DNA from: a bacterium
Lineage (GTDB): Bacteria; UBA8248
Direction: 5' to 3'
Length of the DNA stretch: 64,000 nt
NCBI GenBank assembly: GCA_965221165.1
Contig: CBDCRP010000002.1
Span: 1,056,001 to 1,120,000 of the forward strand
Below the pieces are notes generated by a model that saw only the letters and a program-made list of their open reading frames with translations, ran no database searches and had not been told where the DNA came from. The position numbers and the translations under genes are program-made. This document shows positions 1 to 11,068 of this stretch, piece by piece. Each line of letters opens with the position of its first letter. Position 1 is the stretch's first letter.

Positions 1-338
1 GCAAAAACGAGAACCACGAAAACAATCAGCAAAAACCACATTACGCCCAAAGGCCGAATCAGCGCGACCACGGAGGTAAAAAAAGCGGCCGGCTGCGTAG
101 TAGACGCAAGCAAGGAGAGCGCCGCCCCGATGAATAATACCGGAACGAGAGAAGCCAGACACAGGCCCGAGAGGCGGCGCGCGAATTCGATGTCGTCATG
201 GTTATTCTCTCGCCAGCCCCAGAACGCGAGATGCGCGGAAAACCACGGCAGCGAAGCGCTCACGCCCCCGCACAGCCACAACGCGGAGCCGAGCAGGGCG
301 ATGAGCCACCCGCTCCATTCGGTGATCATGATATTCAT
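1..338 (-). CDS. 5' part of a polytopic membrane protein, runs off the window; likely partner/paralog of the upstream cytochrome bd-I-like protein
   Basis: ATG at 338 overlaps the TGA of 335..1981 (ATGA); reads MNIMITEWSGWLIALLGSALWLCGG..., with hydrophobic helices and an open frame to the window edge. Confidence 0.65.
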   Translation of the reverse strand, partial: MNIMITEWSGWLIALLGSALWLCGGVSASLPWFSAHLAFWGWRENNHDDIEFARRLSGLCLASLVPVLFIGAALSLLASTTQPAAFFTSVVALIRPLGVMWFLLIVFVVLVF

Positions 339-1981
339 GGCGAATTTTTCTCTTCTGGTTTTTGCGCGTCTTCCAAGTCGTTCGGTGGACTGGAAGGTGC
401 GGTGACGCCGCTCCCCTCTTTTTCCGATACTTTGGCGTCCTGCGAACTTTTGACGTCTTGTCCATCATCCGGCGGGCTGGAAGGAATGATGGAGACGCCC
501 CCCTCCTCTTCCGCTTTTTTCGCGCTCTGCGCGGCTTCAGGCAGAGAGGGAGAAGCGCTCGATCCGCTCTCATCCTCCCCCATTCCCGGCACACTCGACT
601 TTGAATTTTCAGTGTGTTTTTCCCGTTCCTGGGGAGAGGTCCCCGAAATTACATCGGGGCGCTTGTCCGGTTTCTGCTCCACGGTCCGCGGCGGCTCGGG
701 GCGCGACGCGAGAGCGCGGCCTGACTTCGTGATCAACGCCTCGAGATACGCCGCCAGGGCGCGGCGCTCTTCGGGCGTACCCGCAAAAAGGGGATACCCG
801 GGGTGTCGTGAGCGTATTTCTTCGAGAAACCGCAACGCATCTCTCTTGAACCTGAATCCAGGGATGCGGGACGGGTCCTCGGATTCCACCCAATCCTCAT
901 GACAGGCCATACACTGCGCGCGAAAGCCGAACCTGCCCAGCTCCTCTTTCGTGGGCAGGGGTCTTCCGGGGTTCGCAATCCTCCACAAGCCCGATTGGCG
1001 AAAAGACTCCGCTTCTTCGATGATAATTCCATTGCGATACATATATCGATGAATCTGGAAATTTCCCTTCGCCTCGGCATAAACCCACCCAAACGCCGCC
1101 ACCAAAAGAACGACCAGAACCGAGGCGCCGCCCGCATGTAATCTTTGACGCCTTTCGGGGTCACGAACACCCCACCTGTACGCCATACCTCCCAGGGCCG
1201 CCTGCGCCGCCACCGCGACCGCTATCAGCCAGAACACCCATTTCTGATTCACCCCTCCCGGGAGGCGAATTCCCCACCATATCCATCCGAGAAGGCCGAC
1301 GATAGCGGCTCCCACCATCCACTTGCCCAATTCATGCACCAGGGCGACCCGCCATGCGCTATCTTTTTGCATCACGGCGTAGTGCAAGCCGAAAGCGCCA
1401 AAAATCGATGTCGAAATGGCCGCCCACGTCACGAAGGCGGCGGGGAAGGTGGGATTCCAAAAAGCATTCGAAAGGCCGGGTTCCGCTATCCATGCGCCCG
1501 TATGCGCCGAAAAAGCGCAGATCGAAACCAGAATCGCCGCCGCACACCAAAAGCCGATCGCGGATAAAAGGCCCCACGAAGAATGAAGTCGGCTTTCGTG
1601 ACGGCCTCTACACCAGGAGGCGATGTATCGATGCAGAAAACACAGAGCCAGGAAAAAAAACGATAATCCCAGCAGAGCGGGCGCGATGAAAATCGAGTGG
1701 AGTTGCTCCATCATGCGGGGCTGCTGGGCCATCATGATGACCCAAAGGGTAAAACCCAAGGGACACGCCGCCCATGCAGCCAGGGCGCGGGTCAACCGCG
1801 CGCACCGCAGGGCGAGGTCGTTCCATCTCGGGTCCATGCTTTCCGAGCCATGAAACTTCACGACCAGGGTGAAAACCGAACCACTGGCGACGCATGAGGC
1901 CGAGGCGGCGAAAAACAAAGAAACGCCCGCGGCCAGGAGACGCTCGGCCAGTGAGAGTGATTCCTGAAATGGGAACGGCAC
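335..1981 (-). CDS. Cytochrome bd subunit I-like membrane protein fused to a C-terminal c-type cytochrome domain and an acidic low-complexity tail
   Basis: Many TM helices, FWNPTF motif, YMYRNGI, heme-c motif CMACH, FAGTPEERRALAAYL. Confidence 0.6.
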   Translation of the reverse strand: MPFPFQESLSLAERLLAAGVSLFFAASASCVASGSVFTLVVKFHGSESMDPRWNDLALRCARLTRALAAWAACPLGFTLWVIMMAQQPRMMEQLHSIFIAPALLGLSFFFLALCFLHRYIASWCRGRHESRLHSSWGLLSAIGFWCAAAILVSICAFSAHTGAWIAEPGLSNAFWNPTFPAAFVTWAAISTSIFGAFGLHYAVMQKDSAWRVALVHELGKWMVGAAIVGLLGWIWWGIRLPGGVNQKWVFWLIAVAVAAQAALGGMAYRWGVRDPERRQRLHAGGASVLVVLLVAAFGWVYAEAKGNFQIHRYMYRNGIIIEEAESFRQSGLWRIANPGRPLPTKEELGRFGFRAQCMACHEDWVESEDPSRIPGFRFKRDALRFLEEIRSRHPGYPLFAGTPEERRALAAYLEALITKSGRALASRPEPPRTVEQKPDKRPDVISGTSPQEREKHTENSKSSVPGMGEDESGSSASPSLPEAAQSAKKAEEEGGVSIIPSSPPDDGQDVKSSQDAKVSEKEGSGVTAPSSPPNDLEDAQKPEEKNSP

Positions 1982-2049
1982 AGGAATTCCCTAACCGGAT
2001 GTTAAAAATGTCTCAAAATCGAAACCGGGGAAGCCGATTCCGCCGATAT

Positions 2050-3168
2050 TCACACCTTCACCACCTGGTGCGCCAGATACTTCTCCATCTTATCTTCATC
2101 CAGTACGACGCCCAACCCGGGCTCGCCGGAAATCGCATACCGCCCCGCGCCCATGTCGACCGGAGAATCCACAACGTCGTCCAGCATCTTCTCGGGACCG
2201 ACGGACTCTATCGCCGTCAAGAAAGCGTTCGAAGTCGCCGCCACATGAATCTCTCCCAGCGTGTAGGGCGACAGCCCGAACCCATGGCCGATGACCAGCT
2301 TCATGCCGGCGGCCTCCGCCGTGCCGACCATGTCCCGAACGCGAAGGGGGCCGCCTTGCTTCATGATCTTGACCTTGACGATATCGGCGGCCTCCGCCCG
2401 GATGATTTCGAGCAGACTCTCGGGCCCGAACACGCACTCATCCGCCATGACGGGGATGCCGATGGAGCGGCGCACCCGGGCGAGTCCTTCGATGTCGTGC
2501 CTGGGAACGGGCTGCTCGAAATGCTGGATGTCAGCTCCTTCCACCTCCCGCGCGAGGGCAACGGCGTCCTCCACGCTCCCGTAGGATTCATTCGCGTCGA
2601 TTCGTATCTCGAAATCATCCCCCGTCGATTCCCGCACGGCCAACACCCGCGCCGCATCCGACGCCACGTCTCCCCCCGCCTTTACCTTACAAGCCCTCCA
2701 GCCGCGCTCATAAAAACCCCTCGCCTCGCGCGCCGCCTCTTCGGGCGTCTTTATGCCGATCCAGGCGTTAAAGCGCACCTCGCCTTTTACGGCGCCGCCC
2801 AAAAGCTCATACAAGGGGACACCCAGGTATTTCGCGTGGAGGTCCGCCAGGGCGAGCGACAAGGCCCCCTTTCCTCCATCGAAGCCGTCGCAAGCCTCAT
2901 CCATCTTCTGCGTGAGTACACGCGCCGCCCGGGGATTCGCGCCGATCAAGGCGGGCGCCAGCTTCGCCTCCATCACGTCTGCGATCTCATCGCGCCCCAA
3001 GCCGGAATACCCCGCCACGGGTTCGACGTCGCCTATCCCTGAGAAACCGTTATCCGCAGTCACCCGAACGACGACCGCCGGCTGGACGTTGTGGTTATGG
3101 TTCGCGTTCTTGAAAAAGTCCCGCATCGGCATATCGACGCGAAATATCTCGATGGATTCGATTTTCAA
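2050..3168 (-). CDS. Enolase superfamily protein (mandelate racemase/muconate cycloisomerase/dipeptide epimerase-like)
   Basis: KVK, DAN, EQP, ADE and KIMKQGG motifs; TTG start after GGAGGGG (ORF track starts at 3189). Confidence 0.85.
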   Translation of the reverse strand: MKIESIEIFRVDMPMRDFFKNANHNHNVQPAVVVRVTADNGFSGIGDVEPVAGYSGLGRDEIADVMEAKLAPALIGANPRAARVLTQKMDEACDGFDGGKGALSLALADLHAKYLGVPLYELLGGAVKGEVRFNAWIGIKTPEEAAREARGFYERGWRACKVKAGGDVASDAARVLAVRESTGDDFEIRIDANESYGSVEDAVALAREVEGADIQHFEQPVPRHDIEGLARVRRSIGIPVMADECVFGPESLLEIIRAEAADIVKVKIMKQGGPLRVRDMVGTAEAAGMKLVIGHGFGLSPYTLGEIHVAATSNAFLTAIESVGPEKMLDDVVDSPVDMGAGRYAISGEPGLGVVLDEDKMEKYLAHQVVKV

Positions 3169-3222
3169 AGCAATCCCCCCTCCATTCATTCAGAACAGGT
3201 TGAAGCCTTGTGGATACCCTCT

Positions 3223-6200
3223 CTATTCCGCCTGCGCCACGGCCTCGCGTACGCGCTGTCTTAACACATCATCGACGGGGCGGGAAACATCGACACCCGG
3301 ACGCAAAAAAGAAAACACCAACTCATGGACTTCGAGACCCGTCGCCGCCTCCAGCCCCATGACGTAGGCGCCTCCCTGGTTCGCATAAAAACAGGCCCTC
3401 TGGTCCGCTTCGTCCCCTGCGACCTTATCGGTCTTGAAATCCACGAGCGTCAGTTTCCCTTCTTCTTCAAACACCAGATCGATGAATCCCCGAATCAGCC
3501 TTCCGTCCAACTCGAACATGAACGGCAACTCACGCCAACGCCTGGGTGCGGCGGCCGCGCGCGCCAGCACGCCCGTATCCATCGAGTTTCGAATAAGCTT
3601 CATGGCGCGTTCCACATCTTCACCGCCCAAACCCAGTGCGTGGGCGCGCGCGATGCTTTCTTCGCGCAAACTCTCCAAGCGGGCCTTATCCGGCGGCTCC
3701 AGCCGCGCGAGAATCGAATGGGCCAACCGCCCGAAGGCCACGCCGCCTGCATGAAATTCAGGCTTTTGAGGCGCATCCTCATCGAAAAGCATCCATGAAG
3801 CCACAGGCTCCGGCTGCTCCCTGTCGAGTCCTTTGGCGAGGCTGCTGGGAGCCAAGGGCTTCAGTACTTCGGCCGGTTTTTTTAGCCGCTTCAATTTCTC
3901 ATCGAGGGCGCCGCGCCCGGAGAGGCTCCCCGAACCCCCGTTCATCGGACGGAAGACATCGTCCCGAAGGCGGAGGATGGACTCCGGAGCTTTTGGTTCC
4001 TCGGGTGAAACTTCGAGGAGAGAAACGGACGCCGCCTGAATCATCTCGTCTATTTTTCCCTCTCCCAGGCCTGCGCCTTTCATGAACGAGTAAAAACTGG
4101 ATATCGGCCAGAGCAGGTAATCCTTCGCCCGCGTCGCGCCTACGTACCAAAGACGCTTTATTTCCGCTTCCCGGAATTGTTTTTCCCGCTCTAGCGCACC
4201 TGCATACCCGAGCGAATTCAGCCACCGGGTCTTTGAACCCAGATGCAAATCGACTGCTCCTTTTCGGCGCTCCGCGAGCCGGGTCTCCGAGGGTTGTGAG
4301 ACTCGCCCCTCCAAATCGGCCAGGGCGACCACGGGGAATTCCAGCCCCTTGGCCTGGTGGATGCTCATGAGCCGAACCGCGCCGGCCTCATGGGCGTCCA
4401 GAAACGCCTCTGGCTCCCTGGCGTCGCGCCCCAGTTCGTATTCCGCCTCCATGCGCGAGGCGAACGCATCCGCCCCCCGTCTATCGCCCCCGGTGAACTC
4501 ATGCGCCATATCGAGTAGTTTCAATAAATTGGCGACGCGCTGCTCTCCGTCCGAAGAGGCCAGGAACAACTCGAACGCCTGCGTGCGGCGGTATATCTCC
4601 TCCAAAAGCGCGCGCGCGCTTACATCTTTTATCCCCTCGTGGAGCAGATACATTTCCCGAACCGCTTCCTCCAACTCCTCCGGCGGTTCGTGTGTTTTCA
4701 GGAAGTAGCGGGTGATATCCTCATCCGAAAAACCATACAAGGGAGAGCGCAAGGCGGCGGCCAGCGCCAGCGGATCACCGGGCCGCGTTACGGCGGATAA
4801 GACCGAGATGACCGCGCCGACCTCGAACTTGTCATAAAACCTGTGCCCGCCATCGGACGCGAAAGGGACACCTGCGCCGCGAAACGCATCCTCGAACTGG
4901 GGATAGCCCGTGCGGGCGCTGAACAACACGGCGACGTCGCCATAGCGAATCTCCCGGCGCTCGCCTCCCTCCACAATCTCTACTCTTCTCTCCTCCACCA
5001 ACTCGCGAATCGCGGCGGCGAGGCAGGCGGCCTCAAACTCGCGCCTCTGCGTCTCGTTCATCCTGACGCCATCCTGGGGTTCATCCCCATCTTTTTGCTT
5101 CTCGATCAGGAAAACGCCGGCGCCCGAGGATTCGCGGTGCGCCATCAGTTCGACATATTCGGGCTGAACGCCCGCCTTGGGAACGATGACGCGCGAAAAC
5201 GCCTCGTTCACGAAATCGACCACGCCGGGAGTGCTGCGGAAGTTTTCTTTGATATGCAGCAGGCGGCCATTTGCGAGAGCTTGAATCTTCTCCCTCACTT
5301 CGTGATAAATGGCGATGTCCGCCCGGCGGAAGCGGTAGATGGATTGTTTGGGGTCGCCCACCAGAAAGAGGTTCGCGTTCTCTATCCGCGCCTCGCGCCA
5401 ATCGGCGGCGTTCCCCTCTCCCGCAAGCAGGAATATCAACTGAACTTGCAAGGGGTCGGTATCCTGAAACTCATCGACCAGAAAATGCCTGATGTTCTCT
5501 CGAATTCTCTCCCGCGCGGCGGGGTTATCCCGGACGAGCTTCGCCGCCAGGAAGAGAATATCCTGGTACGACAAAATGCCCGCTTCGCGAATTTCCGCCT
5601 CGAAGGACTCGGCGAAACCCCGGACGACCGGAATGAGGCCCGCGAGCACCTCGTGCGCTATTATCGCGGCGCTAGCTTGTAAAAAACGGTCGTACCCCCC
5701 GCGAAAGAGTTTGAGGTTTTCTCTCCCCTCATTCGTAGAATCGCCCCACTTTTTCGGCGAACCCACTTGTTTGTTCAATCTGACGCTTGGACGCCAGAAT
5801 TCACGCAGCAATTCCGTTTGCGACGACCAGGGCAGACCCTCCAGCCAGTTCCCGGCTTTCCCCAGTTCTTGAAACGCTTTATCCGCATCGTCGCTGCAAT
5901 GGCGCTCCGCAAAGCCCGCCCAGGCGTGGAACGCCTCCGTGATGGATGCGCGTATTTCATCGGCGGAAACGCCCCCCGAACGGGGGAAATGTTCTCTCAA
6001 TTCCGGCAGTTCGAGCAGGGCGTCGCGGATTTTCTCCAAATCGGCCACCGAGAAACCCAGTTCCAAAAAATCGCGCAATCCTCCTTCATCGCCGCCCAGT
6101 TCCCGAACCAACCAATCGCGCCACGCCGCATCGCGCCTCGCCTCGTACTCGATCCCGTCCACGTCCCCGACCTCGGGCCGAAGCCCCGCATCAAAGGAAA

Positions 6201-6549
6201 ATTGCCGCAAGATTCCCAGGGCGAAGCTGTGGATCGTGGAGATGCGCGCGGATTCCAGGTCGCCCAGCGCTTCTTCCAGGCGCGCTTTCGCCCCGGCGTC
6301 TTCTTCTTTCCGGGCAGATTCGACAAGGCGGGTGCGAATCCGCTCCTTGAGCTCCAAGGTCGCCTTTCTCGTGAAGGTGATGGCGGCTATCTCACCCAAG
6401 CGGACGCCTTCGCTCCGAATCAGATGCAGCATTCTCTCCACGAGCAGTGTGGTCTTGCCCGTGCCCGCGCCGGCTTCGACCAGAACGGGGCCTGCAACCC
6501 AGGTCTTCGCCAAATCTCTTTCTTTTTGATCGCGGGGCTGCGCATTCAT
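3223..6549 (-). CDS. addA: AddA-like UvrD helicase/PD-(D/E)XK nuclease
   Basis: AGAGTGKT, DEFQD, VGDPKQSIYRFR, SIHQAKGLEF, YVGATRA and C-terminal GFIDL...VDFKT. Confidence 0.85.
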   Translation of the reverse strand: MNAQPRDQKERDLAKTWVAGPVLVEAGAGTGKTTLLVERMLHLIRSEGVRLGEIAAITFTRKATLELKERIRTRLVESARKEEDAGAKARLEEALGDLESARISTIHSFALGILRQFSFDAGLRPEVGDVDGIEYEARRDAAWRDWLVRELGGDEGGLRDFLELGFSVADLEKIRDALLELPELREHFPRSGGVSADEIRASITEAFHAWAGFAERHCSDDADKAFQELGKAGNWLEGLPWSSQTELLREFWRPSVRLNKQVGSPKKWGDSTNEGRENLKLFRGGYDRFLQASAAIIAHEVLAGLIPVVRGFAESFEAEIREAGILSYQDILFLAAKLVRDNPAARERIRENIRHFLVDEFQDTDPLQVQLIFLLAGEGNAADWREARIENANLFLVGDPKQSIYRFRRADIAIYHEVREKIQALANGRLLHIKENFRSTPGVVDFVNEAFSRVIVPKAGVQPEYVELMAHRESSGAGVFLIEKQKDGDEPQDGVRMNETQRREFEAACLAAAIRELVEERRVEIVEGGERREIRYGDVAVLFSARTGYPQFEDAFRGAGVPFASDGGHRFYDKFEVGAVISVLSAVTRPGDPLALAAALRSPLYGFSDEDITRYFLKTHEPPEELEEAVREMYLLHEGIKDVSARALLEEIYRRTQAFELFLASSDGEQRVANLLKLLDMAHEFTGGDRRGADAFASRMEAEYELGRDAREPEAFLDAHEAGAVRLMSIHQAKGLEFPVVALADLEGRVSQPSETRLAERRKGAVDLHLGSKTRWLNSLGYAGALEREKQFREAEIKRLWYVGATRAKDYLLWPISSFYSFMKGAGLGEGKIDEMIQAASVSLLEVSPEEPKAPESILRLRDDVFRPMNGGSGSLSGRGALDEKLKRLKKPAEVLKPLAPSSLAKGLDREQPEPVASWMLFDEDAPQKPEFHAGGVAFGRLAHSILARLEPPDKARLESLREESIARAHALGLGGEDVERAMKLIRNSMDTGVLARAAAAPRRWRELPFMFELDGRLIRGFIDLVFEEEGKLTLVDFKTDKVAGDEADQRACFYANQGGAYVMGLEAATGLEVHELVFSFLRPGVDVSRPVDDVLRQRVREAVAQAE

Positions 6550-9500
6550 GGGGTTTCATCCCTCAACGCTTGAAGCCGAATCATCCCCGGCGTTTGTGCC
6601 TTTCGCGCCGCGCGCTCGGCTCTGTCGGGCCCGCAAAGGGCCTTGTAATCGCAATACCTGCAACCATCTGAAGGCGTCGGGAAGAAGCTCCCCTCTTTGA
6701 CCGAGGCGAGGAAATGATTCAAAAGCGCATCCACGCCCTCCATGTGCTCCGCCATCACCTCGTGTGAGCGGACGCGCTCCGTGGCGCCTTCTTCTTCGGT
6801 GATGTAGGCGTAGGCGCCGCTCACCCGGGCGTCATCCGGCAAGGCGCCGTCCCCTCGCCCCGCGCGCAGGTGCCGCGCGTACAGATGAAGCTGAAGACTC
6901 GCGCCGCCGCCGAGAACCGTTGTCCGGCTCGGGACCAAATCCATCCTTCCCACGGTCTTGAAATCGACGACCCGGTATTCCCCCTCCCCGTTTCGCTCAA
7001 GCAAATCCATCCGTCCGCTCAGGGAGATATCTCCATTCTCCAGCGATATCCGCAAAGGCTCCGAACCCCTGCCTCCGAATCTCTCCTCAAGCATCACCGG
7101 GAGCCAGCCCGTGTCACCCGCGCGCTTTTGCTCCACATACCCCCACAAACGCCGATAGAGCGCGCCCTCGAGAGTCCCCCAGGGCAGCGCGAGCAGCGGC
7201 GGTGTCTCCATATTCTTTACCTTCTCCGCCTCCTCGCGCATCGCCTCTTGAATCGCAGCGCGGAGCGCATCCCGCGCGATTGACGCATCGAGCGAACGCA
7301 GCGGCTGGTTCATCGCCTGAAGCCGGCGGTGGAATTCCTCGAGAATCCGGTGCGTCAATTCACCCCGGAGCATGCCATCCATGGCGAAGAGAGGCGCAGG
7401 TTCTCTGCGCTTTTCCATGCGAGGATGCAGGCGATCGTTGATGAAGCGATAAGGACACCCGAAGAAGACCTCCACCCTGGTGGTTCCGACAGGACGCGCG
7501 GGCGAATGAATCCTCTCCCGAATCAACTCCCGCAAATCGGGGGCTGTAAACATCCCGTCGTATTCGGTCAGAACCTCCCGCCGCCATCGTTCGCTCAAGG
7601 CGCTGCGTCTGCGGGCGAACCCTGAAAAATCGTCCATATAGGAGAGACTGCCCGGAGCGGGTCGATGAATTTGCTTCAGAATGTTCGCGAGGTCGTATTC
7701 GCGCAGATGAACGCGGGTCTCCGAAATGGCCCCGGCGTCCAACGCCGCGGCGGCGGTGCGGCTGCGCGAGCGCGCGAAAAGACCCCATGCGCCGTCTTTC
7801 GCCTCCCCCAGCGCGTCCGACAGATAGTGGAGAAACATGCTGGGGAAAGACGCCGCTTCATCCCCCCGGCCATCTTCCGCGCTCGTCGCCGAGAGGATGA
7901 GACGATTGCGCACGGACTGGAGAATCGTCCAGAACTGAAACCGCGCTTCGCCCTCCCGGGATTTTTTGAGCGGAATATCCACCCCCTCATCGGGTAAGTT
8001 CGCCTCGGCGGCGCGATTCAACTCCTCGCGCACCGAATCGGGCAGAAGCGGGTCCTCCGCTCCCGTGGGCGGAAACAGGCCCTCGCCCAGGCCCGAGAGC
8101 ACGACGGCATCGAAGGAAAGTCCGCGCGCGCTCTGGATGGAAGAGAGGCTCGCCAGATGCCCTCCGCCGCTCTCTCCCGGCTCGCTCTTCGCCCTTGCTG
8201 TTTTATCCAGAAAACGCTCGCAAAGCCCATGGAACGCATCGCGCGTCAACTCTCCGGCAACCGCGTCCATACCCGCCAGGGTCGAGACGATATTCTCCAC
8301 CTCGTCTTGATGGGCCAAACCACTCGTCGTCTCCGAGAAAACCTCCAGAGCCGATTTCACAAAAGATGAAGGCAACCCCTGCTCGGGAATTTTCTCCAGA
8401 TGTTCAAAAAAATCAGACATCGCCATCGCGAGGGAATACGCGGCGGGATATTCCTCATCCTCTTCGCCCATTTCCTCCAGAGCGGAATCGAGAGCCGCGA
8501 GCCATGGGTCGACACCTCTCAGGTAGGGCAGACTTCTCGAGAAAAACTCCCACTCGGATGCAAGAGGGAGGCCGTCGATTCTCTCTTCTATTTCATATTT
8601 GCGGGTCAGCTCCAGAAACGCCCCCGAGCCGGTGAAGCCGCCCTCATCCAGAAAGCGAATCACCTCGGCGCGCGGGTAATCGCGCATGGGCAACCCGAGC
8701 ATCAAGAGAAACAAGCGGGCGGCAGGCGCTGTGGATAAAGGGGTCTTTTCTTCCGTGCGGCAGGGAATCTCGAGGGCACGGAAAGTTTCTTCGAACAAAT
8801 CCTGATAGCCGCTTCGCTCGCTCATCAAGACGCATATTTCATCATCGCCCTCAAAATCCTCCCTGGCCCGCAGCATTTCCCTGCATCCTTCCCACGCTTC
8901 CCGGCCTCTCGAGGACGCCGCCACGATTCGCAAGGCGTCTTTTGCCAAAGACCCCGCCGCATCACCCGAGAAGAGCGCCCCCGCCAAGCGCGAGAGCGGC
9001 CTCGGCGCAGGCGGCCCGGCATCTTCTCTGCGAAAACCCGCCTCCTCGAACCAGCGGACCAGGGGTTCCGCATGCCTACACGCGGGCGCGCCGATTTGCG
9101 CAGGCACCAGGGCCTGGGACTGCGCCTCGCGGCAGGCGGCCGCCGCCAGCCTGCGCTGAAGCGCGTTCATCTCGGCGAAGCCATAGAAGACAGTAGGGAC
9201 CCGCGGAGACTCCGCTTCCATTTTTTCGCACGCCATCTGCAGAAGAGAGGAGCCGTCGTAGAATCCGAGGCTTTGCATCTCACGCCGGAAACCCTCGGCC
9301 AAAACCCCCAAGTCCCGGCATCGCGCCGCATCCGGGCCCGAGATTTTCCGGATCAATTTCCTTAAAATCCCGGGCGAGAGATTCGCCTCGGCGAGGTCGG
9401 TCAGCGTGGCGTAGAGGCTCTCTCCGTATCCCTTTGAAGAAGAGCGAAAAAAGGCGAGTTCTCTCTGCGCGCCCTCGAATACCTTCTCCACCAACACCTC

Positions 9501-9775
9501 GGCGAGGGCCGGATGAATCCGCCGGAGCCCCCCCGAAACGCCCTCGGGCCCGGTGACTTCGCGCGCCAGATCGATCATGCTCAGAACCGACACCCCGGCG
9601 AAGCCACCCGCGCGCGCAAGCACCTGCTCGACGTGATCGCGCAGCCGGTTCGAGATGACGACGACCCGCCGATGCGCAAGGGGTCTCCCCCGCCAAGGCG
9701 GCGCACGCGTGAGGCGAGGGATGATTCCAGGTGATGAAAGGGAGCGGCGATCAGAATTTTAGAAACCGGCGCCAT
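6546..9775 (-). CDS. addB: AddB-like PD-(D/E)XK nuclease subunit with a 1-nt frameshift near 9680
   Basis: CPY...GRMDL..VDFKT...CRYCDYKALC Fe-S/nuclease motifs; coupled to addA; N-terminus MAPVSKIL..GDPL lies in another frame and joins if the C4 run were C5. Confidence 0.8.
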
Positions 9776-9904
9776 GGGGATTTCCATATCAGCGATGACA
9801 GGGCGATTCCGATGTGTGAAACGAAACCCGGGAGAATTATATGCCCGGACACACGCGCGGGACGACGCTCATCAAGCGCGCCCTCGCCGAACCCGAACCG
9901 GCGA

Positions 9905-10870
9905 TTATGTGTCCAGCACGCTCTCGCCGAATAAATCCTCCAAGCCGAGCAGCATCGGCGTAAGGCCCTGGCCGTGGGCGTAGGAGAGGAGTTTTTCGAG
10001 CGACGTACGGTTCGCCTCCACGCCGTAGGGCCAGAAATCATCCCCGAAAATCTCCCGCGTCTCATCCATGACCGCCGGCAGAAACGGAATCATGGCGGAG
10101 AGCGCGCCGTTGTCGTTCAGCGATTCGAGCGTATTCTCCCGCGCCTCGCACATGGCCTGGTAAATGGACCCGAGCGCCCAGGGGGTTCGATCGTGAACGT
10201 CCTTTCGCAGCACGACGCAGTGCATCATGGGGTGAACCCCCGTTCTTTGGTAATACTCCGTCTCGGCGGCCTTGTAGTCCGGGAACAGGCGCTTGACGCG
10301 CGGCGAGCCGTTTGCGAAACACGCGGGAACCTGATGGATAAGCGCGCCGTCCACCTCACCGGATTCGAGCATGTTCGATATCGTCTGGCCGGGCTTCATG
10401 TAGCGGATGCGCGCGCCGGGGGGCATGGGTATCGGCACGCGCGGCTCGAGCGCGGCGACCCAATCCACCGAACCCACGTCGAGACCGTATTCTTCGGCGA
10501 GAATGCCCACGATCCATATGACCGCCGTCATCCCCCATTCGCGAATCGCGATCCGCTTGCCGTTCAGATCCGCCACCTTATCGACGCCCGAATCCACGTT
10601 GGCGTAGACCATCGAATGCCGGAAAACCCGACTCGGAAAGGCGGGCATCCCCACGAAGGGGCTCTCTCCTCCCCCGAGCAGGAACATGTGCGCGCCCATC
10701 GACATTTCGGACAGGTCGAACTCCTGGTATCTGCACATGCGTAAAAATATCTCGGTGGGCGGCAGGGAGAGCACACGCAGATTCACCCCCTGCGGGCGAA
10801 CGGAGCCCATTTTGAGAATGTTGGTCCTGTCATAATCGCCAAACGCCGCCGTAAGCTCCAAATCCGGCAT
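9905..10870 (-). CDS. 4,5-dihydroxyphthalate decarboxylase-like / periplasmic-binding-fold protein
   Basis: YDRT, FDLSEMS, FPSRVFRHS, HPMMH and WPYGVEAN family motifs. Confidence 0.75.
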   Translation of the reverse strand: MPDLELTAAFGDYDRTNILKMGSVRPQGVNLRVLSLPPTEIFLRMCRYQEFDLSEMSMGAHMFLLGGGESPFVGMPAFPSRVFRHSMVYANVDSGVDKVADLNGKRIAIREWGMTAVIWIVGILAEEYGLDVGSVDWVAALEPRVPIPMPPGARIRYMKPGQTISNMLESGEVDGALIHQVPACFANGSPRVKRLFPDYKAAETEYYQRTGVHPMMHCVVLRKDVHDRTPWALGSIYQAMCEARENTLESLNDNGALSAMIPFLPAVMDETREIFGDDFWPYGVEANRTSLEKLLSYAHGQGLTPMLLGLEDLFGESVLDT

Positions 10871-11068
10871 ACTCCCTCCCCCTGCGCATCATCCTGAAAG
10901 CGCCTATGATAGTTGAAAGGCCAACAGATTTCTCATAGTTTTCTCCGTGAGGCAACGAGACGAGCCCTCAGGCGCGTAAAAGCCCCGAGTTGACCACCCG
11001 CCGTTCGCCGTGGCATGAAGAGGCGTCGGATTCTCAAGGTCCCTGATTATAACCAAAAAGGATGACGC

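Noticed and set aside
1894-3042. Long antisense ORFs (also 10904-12100, 35189-36526, 48236-49408, 50660-52591, 54320-55534)
   Set aside because: Typical high-GC mirror frames of well-supported genes, with no recognisable motifs
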